Origin: an uncultured Pseudomonadales bacterium
GTDB lineage: Bacteria > Patescibacteriota > Microgenomatia > UBA1400 > MFAQ01
Length of the DNA: 64,000 bases
NCBI GenBank assembly: GCA_964357975.1
Contig: CAYHNG010000005.1
Location: 1,031-65,030, forward strand
Reading direction: 5' to 3'
Shown here: positions 49,649 to 58,391 of the stretch, one piece after another
Numbering within the stretch: the first letter of the stretch is position 1
How the letters are laid out: every line of letters begins with the position of its first letter
Position numbers and translations under genes: made by a program
The notes under the pieces: generated by a model
The model's database searches: none
What the model saw: only the letters and a program-made list of their open reading frames with translations
What the model was told of the DNA's origin: nothing

Positions 49649-49849
49649 TTATAAATGAAGCATGGCCTTAATTTTGGTAGCGATCTTGCCGGTAACTTCT
49701 TGGTAGTGTCGATATCTGCGGATGAGCTTTTTGCTTTTTTTGCGACGAAGATGGCGCATGTATGGACTACGACGCAGGACTTTACCCGTACCGGTAATTT
49801 TGAATCTTTTCATGACGATTTTTCTCGTCTTTTGCTTTTGTTTGGTCAT
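49649..49849 (-). CDS. rpmI: 50S ribosomal protein L35
   Basis: KRFKITGTGK; between infC and rplT. Confidence 0.92.
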   Translation of the reverse strand: MTKQKQKTRKIVMKRFKITGTGKVLRRSPYMRHLRRKKSKKLIRRYRHYQEVTGKIATKIKAMLHL

Positions 49850-49854
49850 AGCGG

Positions 49855-50361
49855 TTATTTTTTTGGTTTGACTTGGGCAATCAGAAGTTTACCCAAAAAT
49901 TTCGGGGCTTCGACAAGCGTGGAGACTTCGGACAGCAGGCTGATAACCTGGGCCATGACTTTCTCTCCAAATTCTTTCTTGGTGATTTCCCTGCCCTGGA
50001 ATTTTACCACCAACTTGACGCGATCGCCACCCTTGAGGAATTTTTCAGCCTGGCGAACCTTGACCATCATGTCATTTTCGGCCATAAATGGTTTGAGGCG
50101 GATCTCTTTGGTTTCCTGACCTCCCTTAGAACTGCCGGAATGATCTTTCTTTTCCTCCTGGTATTTAAACTTTTGAAAGTCAATAATTTTGACAATGGGC
50201 GGGGTGGCCTTTTCGGTTACTTCCACCAAGTCAAGCCCAAGTGTCGCGGCCCTTTCGAGAGCTTCTTTGGTGGCCATAATACCTAGTTGTTTGCCTTCTT
50301 CATCGATAACCCGGACTTCGGGATAGCGGATATTTTGATTTATGCGGTAGTATTTACCCAA
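49855..50361 (-). CDS. infC: Translation initiation factor IF-3 (TTG start as called; exact start uncertain)
   Basis: RINQNI..EVRVID, LDLVEV, PPIVKIID, KEIRL, FQGRE. Confidence 0.95.
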   Translation of the reverse strand: MGKYYRINQNIRYPEVRVIDEEGKQLGIMATKEALERAATLGLDLVEVTEKATPPIVKIIDFQKFKYQEEKKDHSGSSKGGQETKEIRLKPFMAENDMMVKVRQAEKFLKGGDRVKLVVKFQGREITKKEFGEKVMAQVISLLSEVSTLVEAPKFLGKLLIAQVKPKK

Positions 50362-50387
50362 GTTTTTGTTTTTTGATTGATGATTTG

Positions 50388-50417
50388 TATAGTTCCCCGC
50401 ATGCGCGAGGATGACAA
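50388..50417. repeat. GTCAT-type REP-like palindrome
   Basis: TATAGTTCCCCGCATGCGCGAGGATGACAA; 27/30 identical to 53718-53747. Confidence 0.75.
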
Positions 50418-50506
50418 GTACGTCAATTTTACTATATTTTCAGCCACAAAAGAGGCGGTGATTGTTGGTAAGAAAAAAAAGACGCCATGTAATGGCGTCT
50501 GCGAGA

Positions 50507-50884
50507 TTAGTCTGTGACAATCAGATCGTCGGGAATTTGAAGTGTTCGATTGCGAAGTTGGCACAGCTCCGAGCCTGTGGCGTGGACGGCGCTATCTTGA
50601 TGTTCATAGAGATAGCCACCATCTAAACCGATCCAACCAACTCCCCGACAGGGATAGCTGTAGCTTGTTGTACCAGCGCGTGAAGCATGGAGTCTTGGGC
50701 ATCCGGTGCAGCCTTGAGTCTTGATTAACTTGGCTAGGGTTATCGATTCTTGATAACCAGAAGGTTTTGCGTTATGCAACCGAATCATACCCTGAACGTA
50801 GCCATAAAATCGTAAAGTAAGCATGGATCCTCCCGCTGGGAATGAGTTTGAGTGTTTAAAGAAACCTTTTCTGAAATATATCAC
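50507..50884 (-). CDS. Hypothetical Cys-containing protein
   Basis: 125-aa ORF with CxxC; the real start may be MLTLRF, which has GGAGG upstream. Confidence 0.45.
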   Translation of the reverse strand: MIYFRKGFFKHSNSFPAGGSMLTLRFYGYVQGMIRLHNAKPSGYQESITLAKLIKTQGCTGCPRLHASRAGTTSYSYPCRGVGWIGLDGGYLYEHQDSAVHATGSELCQLRNRTLQIPDDLIVTD

Positions 50885-50954
50885 ACTAGGCGCGAAAAGT
50901 CAAGTTATGGGATAGTCAGCTATACAAAAAAATCACCCTGATGGTGATGTTTTC

Positions 50955-51097
50955 TTGTGGGCCCGACTGGACTCCCTCGAGTAGCTTCGCTCTCTCGGAC
51001 CCGTCTCGGCAGGTTCGTTACGAAACTGCCTCCGACATTCGATTCCATTAGCGTAGTAATATAAAAACTCCTCCACAAGGGAGGACCTTTTATATTG
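50955..51097 (-). repeat. tRNA-Val 3'-end duplication module
   Basis: TTGTGGGCCCGACTGGACTC at 50955-50974 repeats 51095-51114, with hairpins between. Confidence 0.75.
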
Positions 51098-51171
51098 TGG
51101 GCCCGACTGGACTCGAACCAGTGACCTCTGCAATGTCAATGCAGCGCTCTAGCCAGCTGAGCTACGAGCCC
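51098..51171 (-). tRNA. tRNA-Val(GAC)
   Basis: GGGCTCGTAGCTCAGCTGGCTAGAGCG-CTGCA TT GAC AT TGCAG-...GGTTCGAGTCC...GGGCCCA; CCA not encoded. Confidence 0.95.
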
Positions 51172-51190
51172 GAAATTTTATTATTTGATG

Positions 51191-51250
51191 AGCGCTTCTA
51201 GCCTCAGCCGTAGGCTGATCCGCCTTTGGAGGAAGCTGAGCTACGAGCCC
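51191..51250 (-). pseudogene. Duplicated 5' part of tRNA-Val interrupted by a 30-bp double-hairpin element
   Basis: AGCGCTTCTAGCC[TCAGCCGTAGGCTGATCCGCCTTTGGAGGA]AGCTGAGCTACGAGCCC versus tRNA AGCGCTCTAGCCAGCTGAGCTACGAGCCC. Confidence 0.75.
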
Positions 51251-51306
51251 ATGCGCCTGCGGCGCTATTTTAGGCCTTCGGCATAAAATACATATGTATT
51301 TTATCA

Positions 51307-51858
51307 TCAGCCAACAGATGTGGCTACGGCGCGTTCATTGGCTTGAGTGTAGGAATTGCCTTTGGACTTGGCCATGCTCCAGTAAACACCTTTTTTGGCG
51401 GATCGACCATTGTACATTTCCAGCCAACTATTGGCGTCCTGAACCTTAAGACTAAAAATTTGGATCATTTTCTGGATGTGGGTTAGGAAACTTTCGTGAT
51501 AGACTCCCGCTTCGGAAACCGGAGACTCCACCGCTTTAAGAAGGTTGGCATCGAGGGTTTTTACCTGTTTGGCTAAATTCCTCAGCTGCTCTCTAATCTC
51601 GTCAATTCGCCTTTCAGTTTGTTTTTCTTTTGAAGAGTAGACCTTACTCCATTCTTGCTTTCTGGCTTGGGAAAAGGCTTCGGCACGTCGTTTCTCGCTC
51701 TCTTTCTTTTGCTGGAACTCGGCAAAGGGGTTGGTTTTTGATTCTTGATTACCGTTTTCGAACGTTCTGGCTTGAGAATTACGAAGAGCCTCCAAAAAAC
51801 TCTGAATCTTGGAGTTTCCCTGACTTTGGTTTGATGAGCTGCCCGTATTACTGTTCAT
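51307..51858 (-). CDS. Conserved hypothetical coiled-coil protein (resembles the DUF5660 type seen in Microgenomates)
   Basis: SFLEALR, GVYHESF, ANSWL, YW...K..G....A.ER; family recalled from memory, not searched. Confidence 0.55.
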   Translation of the reverse strand: MNSNTGSSSNQSQGNSKIQSFLEALRNSQARTFENGNQESKTNPFAEFQQKKESEKRRAEAFSQARKQEWSKVYSSKEKQTERRIDEIREQLRNLAKQVKTLDANLLKAVESPVSEAGVYHESFLTHIQKMIQIFSLKVQDANSWLEMYNGRSAKKGVYWSMAKSKGNSYTQANERAVATSVG

Positions 51859-51875
51859 AACGTGGCCCTATAATA

Positions 51876-52652
51876 TCAGATGCCCATTAAATAATCAATG
51901 GTTTTGCGCCGATTCATGATGGACCGGAGCTGATCCATTTGTTTTGATGAAACATTGGACACCATGGCTAATTCTAACAGTTCCTTGTCTTCGGTGTCTA
52001 TTTTTTGGTCTTTGGCAATTTCCAGTAGCAGGAGATCAAGGCGGACGGATTTTTCGGCACTATCCGAGTACTCTTTCTTTACCTGCTCAAGGTTTTTTCC
52101 GAGAGCCTTGAGATAGTCTTCGAGCGGGAGGTTGAGGGATTTGGACTGGGAAGCTAACCGTTCCAAACTATGATTAACTTCTTCGTTGATGACCAACTCC
52201 GAAACATCCACTTTTTCATGGTCCAGGAGAGCTTGGTAAACATCTTCGACCTTCCGGTCTTTTTTGTCTTTGGTTTTGAGATATTTGGTATAGTCGCCAA
52301 GCTTAATTTCCGGATAGAGCGGCAGTTGGAGTTTGATTTTCCAACTACCGTCTTTTTCGGCTTTAAGTTCTTCCAAGACAGGCCGCCCCAAAAGCCGGTA
52401 GTGGTTTTCTTCGATGGTATGTTCGAGGAGGTGACTCATGACGTGGTTAAGAATGTGATCGCTCAACTTGTCCGGGTCAAGATTTTTTTCGGCGACAGCT
52501 TTGGGGGCCTTGCCCTGACGAAAGCCCTTGACGGTGACGGTTTTGATCATTTCGTCGACTACGTGGTTTTTTTCGATATCGACTTCTTCGTGAGAAACCG
52601 TGGCTTCCAGATAGGCAGTCCCCTTTTCAATTTTGATTTGTTTGGTGTTCAT
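51876..52652 (-). CDS. tig: Trigger factor lacking the PPIase domain
   Basis: VKGFRQGKAP ribosome-binding motif joined directly to the C-terminal domain; 258 aa. Confidence 0.85.
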   Translation of the reverse strand: MNTKQIKIEKGTAYLEATVSHEEVDIEKNHVVDEMIKTVTVKGFRQGKAPKAVAEKNLDPDKLSDHILNHVMSHLLEHTIEENHYRLLGRPVLEELKAEKDGSWKIKLQLPLYPEIKLGDYTKYLKTKDKKDRKVEDVYQALLDHEKVDVSELVINEEVNHSLERLASQSKSLNLPLEDYLKALGKNLEQVKKEYSDSAEKSVRLDLLLLEIAKDQKIDTEDKELLELAMVSNVSSKQMDQLRSIMNRRKTIDYLMGI

Positions 52653-52704
52653 AGCGTCTTATTTTAACCCATCAAGAGCTGGCGGTGGTAAAATGATTAG
52701 ACTT

Positions 52705-52785
52705 GCCGAGGTGGCGAAATGGTAGACGCACTAGCTTTAGGAGCTAGCGGGGCAACCCATGGAGGTTCAAGTCCTCTCCTCGGCA
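52705..52785 (+). tRNA. tRNA-Leu(TAG)
   Basis: GCCGAGGTGGCGAAATGGTAGACGCA-CTAGC TT TAG GA GCTAG-long variable arm-GGTTCAAGTCC...CTCGGCA. Confidence 0.95.
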
Positions 52786-52790
52786 CCGAA

Positions 52791-53420
52791 TTACTCCAGA
52801 TGGTCGAAGAACTGTGAGACGCCGTTGGCCCAAGAACCATCTGAAGGAGGGGTATAGGTCTTCATGACTTCCAGTGGGTCTTTACTGTGTTTACCTTTGA
52901 GAAAGATTTTGGTGAATTGGGGTGCAATTCTTCGAAGAGCATCCTCGTAGTTATCGAAACGGGTGACCTTGAGAACTGCCGGGTTTGATGGTTCCGGATA
53001 TATCCCCCACCCCCAGCAGTTATACGAATTTTCTGGGATCCTTTTACAGAGATTTGATTCTTGCTGGGCAATAGCTACTAGCCAGCGGTAATCAAACTGA
53101 TACTGATCCGAAAGAGACACAATGAGATTTGAGTACTGCTCTAGAGGTGAGCCGAATTTGTGGAGATATTGACGAATGATCTCCGGTCGGGCGTCGGCGG
53201 TGATAATTGAAGTCTTTATTTGCTCGTCAAAGGCCGGTAACGCGGAGAAGATAAATGGTTCTTCCGGGTTGGGAATGGTTTCGGAGTTAAGATTGTCTGT
53301 TGTAACGCCTAAAATAAGTTTTGACTCATTTGTGTTTTGAATCAGAGTGGTGTTGATACCAAAGGCAATACGTGAAGTGATTACAAAAAGTGCCAGCAGA
53401 TACAAAAACTTTTTCGCCAT
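52791..53420 (-). CDS. Secreted lysozyme-fold/glucosaminidase-like protein
   Basis: Signal/TM segment; LVAIAQQES, NCWGWG, YTPP...W. Confidence 0.55.
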   Translation of the reverse strand: MAKKFLYLLALFVITSRIAFGINTTLIQNTNESKLILGVTTDNLNSETIPNPEEPFIFSALPAFDEQIKTSIITADARPEIIRQYLHKFGSPLEQYSNLIVSLSDQYQFDYRWLVAIAQQESNLCKRIPENSYNCWGWGIYPEPSNPAVLKVTRFDNYEDALRRIAPQFTKIFLKGKHSKDPLEVMKTYTPPSDGSWANGVSQFFDHLE

Positions 53421-53465
53421 AAGCTAATTTACTGTGGCAGAAATAAGCGACGATGTCAAGAAAAG

Positions 53466-53609
53466 GTGCACCAAGAGGGAGTCGAAGTCTTCGGTAACAT
53501 CTGCTGATGTTCCTCAGACCGCGCCTCAGCGCCGGTCGCGCTTCCGGCAGGTTCTCCTCCCGCGAGTTTACAAACAAAAATCTCCCGACAAGCGAGAGAT
53601 TTTGGTTTG
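53466..53609 (-). repeat. tRNA-Arg 3'-end duplication module
   Basis: GTGCACCAAGAGGGAGTCGAA at 53466-53486 repeats 53609-53629, with hairpins between. Confidence 0.75.
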
Positions 53610-53683
53610 TGCACCAAGAGGGAGTCGAACCCCCAACCGACAGCTTCGAAGGCTGGCGCTCTATCCAGTTGAGCTATTGGTGC
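53610..53683 (-). tRNA. tRNA-Arg(TCG)
   Basis: GCACCAATAGCTCAACTGGATAGAGCG-CCAGC CT TCG AA GCTGT-...GGTTCGACTCC...TTGGTGCA. Confidence 0.92.
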
Positions 53684-53717
53684 ATGGGTGTATTTTAGAC
53701 TAATTCGGAGCGATTGT

Positions 53718-53747
53718 TATAGATCCCCGCCTACGCGAGGATGACAA
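53718..53747. repeat. GTCAT-type REP-like palindrome
   Basis: TATAGATCCCCGCCTACGCGAGGATGACAA between divergent tRNAs. Confidence 0.75.
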
Positions 53748-53787
53748 TAGAGATAACGCGAGAAAATGGGGTAAAATATGTAGGTTC

Positions 53788-53861
53788 GGGTCAGTAGCTC
53801 AGTTGGTTAGAGCACCTGCCTCTTAAGTAGGGTGTCGCGGGTTCGAGTCCCGCCTGACCCA
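53788..53861 (+). tRNA. tRNA-Lys(CTT)
   Basis: GGGTCAGTAGCTCAGTTGGTTAGAGCA-CCTGC CT CTT AA GTAGG-...GGTTCGAGTCC...CTGACCCA. Confidence 0.95.
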
Positions 53862-53887
53862 CCCCTTATCGTATATATTAGATAGTA

Positions 53888-55123
53888 GTGAAACTATTGA
53901 TCTTTACCTATGCCCCCGCAGGACTGGGTCATTTGCGAGTAACTGATGCTTTGGCGGATAGCCGGCCAAAAGACTCTCCTTATGTGCTTTTGGGATCGAT
54001 AGATAGATTCGTTACCTGGATTCATCGTTTTACCAGTATTAACCCGTTTGGAAAATACGTTTTTTTGAGATCTCAGTATGGAATGCTGGAGGATATTTTT
54101 ACAAAAACATACCGAACCTTATTGATCATGACTGCGGGTGGAATATTCAATCAGCTTAAAGAGATCGTTTTGCATAATGCGGAGTGTACCGATATTTGGA
54201 TTGTGGCCACTCATTTTGGAATGGCTCACCAGATCGGCGCAATAAAAGATAGGCTGGTGAAAGAAACCAAGAAAAATATTAAGCTCATTGTTCAAGTGAC
54301 GGACGACACTTCTCAGCATATTTGGTGCGTTCGAGGAGCAGATTTAACCTTTGTCCCCAGCCGATTTGTGAAGTCAAAATTCGAAAATTACGCCAACAAA
54401 CAAAAAATTGGGTTTGTTTCTGAAGTGATCCCCTATCCCCTATCGAACATGTTAACAAAACCATTGCCTAAAAATTTAGGCACAAGACAAAAAGTTTTTG
54501 CTGATAAGAGTGGGAGGATTAACGTGGCGATCCCCATTTCCGGTGCGGCGGTAGGCCTCATGTATTTTTTAAATTTAGTTAAAGAACTTAACAGGCTTTC
54601 GGATAGATTTGTGTTCTGGGTTTTGGTCAAAAAAACTCCGTTTACAGAGATGTTTATTTCGGTCATGACCAACATCCCCAACGTTAATGTTTTAGTAGGA
54701 AAAAATGACATCCAGATGATTGAGCTTTACGAATTATTGTACGAAAAAAATCTAATCCATATAGAAATTACCAAGCCCAGTGAACAAGCGTTTAAGTCGA
54801 TTATTTACCCAACAAATGTCGGTGGAAGTATTTTGCTTTTTACTTCTCCTGTTGGCCGCCAAGAAAAAGAAAACATTAAATTTTTGGAAAGACATAGGCT
54901 GATGCCTATCTCCGGATTGCCAATAACTCCCAGAGCGATTAGAGTCTCGCAAAATCCGAAAATTGCAGCCAAGTTCATAAAATGGGGAGTTAACTCCGGA
55001 CTGTTTAGAAAGATGACCTCTCCTAACCTTAAGTTTTCCAAGAAGTGTTTGTCTTCCGGTGAGGTTGGTCCGGATGGGGCCAGATTGTTTTGGAAAATGG
55101 CAGAAAAGAGGTTTGGGAAGTAG
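53888..55123 (+). CDS. GT-B fold glycosyltransferase-like protein (MGDG synthase-like)
   Basis: YAPAGLGHLR, VATH, VQVTD, ITKP, PVGRQE.EN. Confidence 0.6.
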   Translation: MKLLIFTYAPAGLGHLRVTDALADSRPKDSPYVLLGSIDRFVTWIHRFTSINPFGKYVFLRSQYGMLEDIFTKTYRTLLIMTAGGIFNQLKEIVLHNAECTDIWIVATHFGMAHQIGAIKDRLVKETKKNIKLIVQVTDDTSQHIWCVRGADLTFVPSRFVKSKFENYANKQKIGFVSEVIPYPLSNMLTKPLPKNLGTRQKVFADKSGRINVAIPISGAAVGLMYFLNLVKELNRLSDRFVFWVLVKKTPFTEMFISVMTNIPNVNVLVGKNDIQMIELYELLYEKNLIHIEITKPSEQAFKSIIYPTNVGGSILLFTSPVGRQEKENIKFLERHRLMPISGLPITPRAIRVSQNPKIAAKFIKWGVNSGLFRKMTSPNLKFSKKCLSSGEVGPDGARLFWKMAEKRFGK

Positions 55124-55160
55124 TATATCTGGTATATACTGAAGAGAAATCTTACCTCTA

Positions 55161-56630
55161 ATGCGAGCATCAACTATATTGAGAGACAACAGACTTAATC
55201 TGGTCGTTTTTTTGGGCGGGGCTGCGGGCATGATTATTGAGCTGGTAGCCTCTAGGGTAGTTTCGCCATATTTGGGAAATTCACTTATTGTTTGGACCAG
55301 TCTCATCGGAGTCATACTTGGCTGTCTTTCACTCGGGTATTATTTTGGAGGAAAACTAGCAGATCGTTTTCCTAGTTTCGAACGACTGGGAGAAATTATC
55401 TTGTGGGGGGCATTTTTCTTGTCGATGACCGCTTTCTTTAAAGAACCGGTTCTTTGGTTCATTCAATTTACACTTGGATCCGAGTTGCGTGTAGCTTCGT
55501 TTGTTTCGGTAATAGTTCTTTTTGGTCCGGTGAGTATTATTTTGGGTATGATTGCTCCATTTGCCGCTAAATTGCAACTTTCTAGCATTTTGGTTACCGG
55601 AAAGACGGTAGGAAACCTGTATGCCTTGTCGACCTTTGGTAGTATCTCTGGGACTTTTTTGGCAGGTTTTCTATTGATTCCTCTTTTTGGAAATAGCGAT
55701 CTTCTTTATGCTCTTTCTTTGGGCTTGGTACTGATTTCTTGTCTGGCTCAGTCTCAATGGAAGTTCCTACATAAATTGGTTATTGGCTTGCTGGTGTTGA
55801 TGTATGTCTTAAATCGGATTGGTGGTTTCTTTAGACTAAATACTTTGGCTGACTTGGACTCTGTGTATAACCGAATAATAGTGCGGAAGGCAACGGACGA
55901 ACAGTCAATAAAACTGGTAGTAATGAGTACTGACAATTCCGGAATTCAGTCCGCTATTCAACCCGATTCACCAAACGATCTTTACTTTGGGTACACACAA
56001 GCCTACCGATTAGCGGATCTGATCAACAAAAATGTGAAGAGGGCTCTAACTATTGGAGGGGGTGGATTTTCTTACCCAAGAGATTATTTGCTGACCCATC
56101 CAAGTGGGGAAATGGATGTGGTGGAGATTGATCCGGAAATGACATTGTTGGCCCAAAAATATTTTTTCCTAGCGGACGATCCACGTCTTCGTATTTTTCA
56201 TCAAGATGCACGGTTGTTGCTACAGCAGTCAAAAAATCGGTACGATGCAATCTTCTTGGACGCCTTTAATTCATTGACTCCCCCTTTCCATTTAACCACT
56301 AAGGAGTTTATGTTAGACATAAACCGGCATCTTGTCGATAATGGTTTCCTAATGATCAACTTGGTTTCGGCGATCACCGGAAAAAAGTCTCAATTCATGC
56401 TGGCCGAACGGAGTACATTGCTTTCGGTGTTTCCTTTCGTTGAGGTTTATGCAATAGAAGATCGGTCCGAAGAAGACGTACAAAATTTATTGGTGGTGGC
56501 CTATAAATCAAAACCAGAGATAGTTTTACCGCTTGGTAGACAGATAACCGAGTTTACTGACCAAAAGCGAATTTTAACTGACGAATGGTCACCGGTTGAG
56601 TATCTCACCAGGAACTTATATGTGAAATAA
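55161..56630 (+). CDS. Fused MFS-like/spermidine synthase-like protein
   Basis: N-terminal TM domain (ELVASR, YALSTFGSISG) plus SAM-binding IGGGG, VEID, DAR, FLDAF, LTD. Confidence 0.85.
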   Translation: MRASTILRDNRLNLVVFLGGAAGMIIELVASRVVSPYLGNSLIVWTSLIGVILGCLSLGYYFGGKLADRFPSFERLGEIILWGAFFLSMTAFFKEPVLWFIQFTLGSELRVASFVSVIVLFGPVSIILGMIAPFAAKLQLSSILVTGKTVGNLYALSTFGSISGTFLAGFLLIPLFGNSDLLYALSLGLVLISCLAQSQWKFLHKLVIGLLVLMYVLNRIGGFFRLNTLADLDSVYNRIIVRKATDEQSIKLVVMSTDNSGIQSAIQPDSPNDLYFGYTQAYRLADLINKNVKRALTIGGGGFSYPRDYLLTHPSGEMDVVEIDPEMTLLAQKYFFLADDPRLRIFHQDARLLLQQSKNRYDAIFLDAFNSLTPPFHLTTKEFMLDINRHLVDNGFLMINLVSAITGKKSQFMLAERSTLLSVFPFVEVYAIEDRSEEDVQNLLVVAYKSKPEIVLPLGRQITEFTDQKRILTDEWSPVEYLTRNLYVK

Positions 56631-56687
56631 CTTATTGATAGTGCTTGATATCGGCACGGTGTGCGGTTTGTGTAGTAAACTGAAGTG

Positions 56688-58391
56688 ATGGCTGCCCAGA
56701 ACTTGAGGATCTATGATTTAATGCGAGATGCCCGAATAATCCCGGAGGTGGATTTAGATGAGGCCTCCAAGACTGGAATCCATCTTAACGTTCCTTTGCA
56801 AGATGTCTTAATAGGTAGAAGATTAATTTCTAAAGATCGATTGGGGAATCTTATAGCCAATAGTTTGGGGATCGGATATATCAATTTGAAAGATATCACG
56901 ATCACGAAGGAGGTTTTATCATTTGTTAAAGAAGAACTAGCCCAAGAGAAAAAAGTCGTACCAATTGGCCGTGACGGATTTATCCTTCATCTGGCCATGA
57001 TGGATCCAATAAATTTGGAAACGATTAACTTTATTAGAAAAATTACTGGGATGAACGTAATCCCTTTTTTTGCTTTTGAAAGTGATATCAAGTTTGGTTT
57101 GCATCAGTACAAGTCTAGCCTGACTGAAAACTTTCAACAATTGGTGGATCAGGTCGCTAAACAACATCCTGGCAGAGTCACACCCCAAGAATTGGCAGAG
57201 GATGTATCTATTATTCAAGCGGTGGGGAGGATGCTGGAGTTTGCGGTAATTGCGGAAGCTTCCGATATACACATCGAGGCACTTGCTGACAGTGTCTTGG
57301 TACGTTACCGCATCGATGGCGTTCTTCACGACATGATTACTTTGCCAAAAAGTCTTCACCCGGCTATTGTAGCCAGAATAAAGATACTGTCTTCTTTAAA
57401 GTTAGACGAGACTAGATTGCCTCAAGATGGAAGATTGAAGTTTGAGTCGGACGAAGGAGATGTTGTAAGCCTGCGGGTGTCAATATTGCCGACCGTCGAG
57501 GGTGAAAAGATTGTTTTGCGTATATTGGAAAGTGGCGAGCTGTCACTCTCTTTAGAAGATTTGGGTTACGATCAGCGGAGTGTGGTGATAATCAAGAAAG
57601 CCCTTTCCAGGCCACATGGAATGATTCTAATCACCGGCCCAACAGGATCGGGCAAGACGACAAACATGTACACCATGCTAAATCTGTTGAACACCGGTGA
57701 AGTAAATATCTCAACAGTAGAAGATCCGGTGGAAAATCGAATTAGAAGAATCAATCAAACACAGATCAACGCTCAAATTAATTTTAGCTTCGCCGAGGGA
57801 TTAAGAGCTTTACTGAGACAAGACCCAGACATTGTGATGGTGGGAGAAATTCGAGATACAGAAACGGTGGGAATGGCTGTTAACGCTGCGATGACCGGAC
57901 ATCTGGTACTCTCGACTTTGCACACAAATGATTCACCCGGTGCTATTCCCCGCCTAATTGATCTGGGAGCCGAACCTTTTTTATTGGCATCCACCTTGGA
58001 GCTTGTCATTGCGCAGAGATTGGTCCGAAAAATCTGTCCAAAATGTCAGACGACCCAGCCGGCGAATTCGAAGATCTCTGACTATATCGTGGCCAACATA
58101 CTTGACACCGTTGAGCAGGAGGAAATTACAAAACTAATCCCCTCTCAAATAAAGGTAGCGCCCGGCTGTGATTTTTGTAAGTATACGGGATATTCCGGGA
58201 GGACTGGTTTATTTGAGATGTTTACCATAAATGAAGAAATCCGTCAGTTGATTTTGGATAGGTCCTCCGCCAATAAGATTAAGACCGCGGCTATTAGAAG
58301 TGGCATGCAAACGATGTTGGTCGACGGAATAAATAAAATTGCACAAGGCATCACTACCTTTGAAGAAATATTAAGAGTTACTCGAGATTAA
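56688..58391 (+). CDS. Second PilB/GspE ATPase
   Basis: ASDIHIE, RLPQDGR, GPTGSGKTT, RQDPDIVMVGEIRD, CxxC pairs. Confidence 0.9.
   Translation: MAAQNLRIYDLMRDARIIPEVDLDEASKTGIHLNVPLQDVLIGRRLISKDRLGNLIANSLGIGYINLKDITITKEVLSFVKEELAQEKKVVPIGRDGFILHLAMMDPINLETINFIRKITGMNVIPFFAFESDIKFGLHQYKSSLTENFQQLVDQVAKQHPGRVTPQELAEDVSIIQAVGRMLEFAVIAEASDIHIEALADSVLVRYRIDGVLHDMITLPKSLHPAIVARIKILSSLKLDETRLPQDGRLKFESDEGDVVSLRVSILPTVEGEKIVLRILESGELSLSLEDLGYDQRSVVIIKKALSRPHGMILITGPTGSGKTTNMYTMLNLLNTGEVNISTVEDPVENRIRRINQTQINAQINFSFAEGLRALLRQDPDIVMVGEIRDTETVGMAVNAAMTGHLVLSTLHTNDSPGAIPRLIDLGAEPFLLASTLELVIAQRLVRKICPKCQTTQPANSKISDYIVANILDTVEQEEITKLIPSQIKVAPGCDFCKYTGYSGRTGLFEMFTINEEIRQLILDRSSANKIKTAAIRSGMQTMLVDGINKIAQGITTFEEILRVTRD

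Noticed and set aside
50933-51139. 68-aa ORF, and ORFs at 53326-53703
   Set aside because: They overlap tRNA genes and repeat modules; shadow ORFs
50955-53629. Prophage or island between tRNA att sites
   Set aside because: Each duplicated tRNA end lies only ~140 bp from its tRNA and encloses no gene
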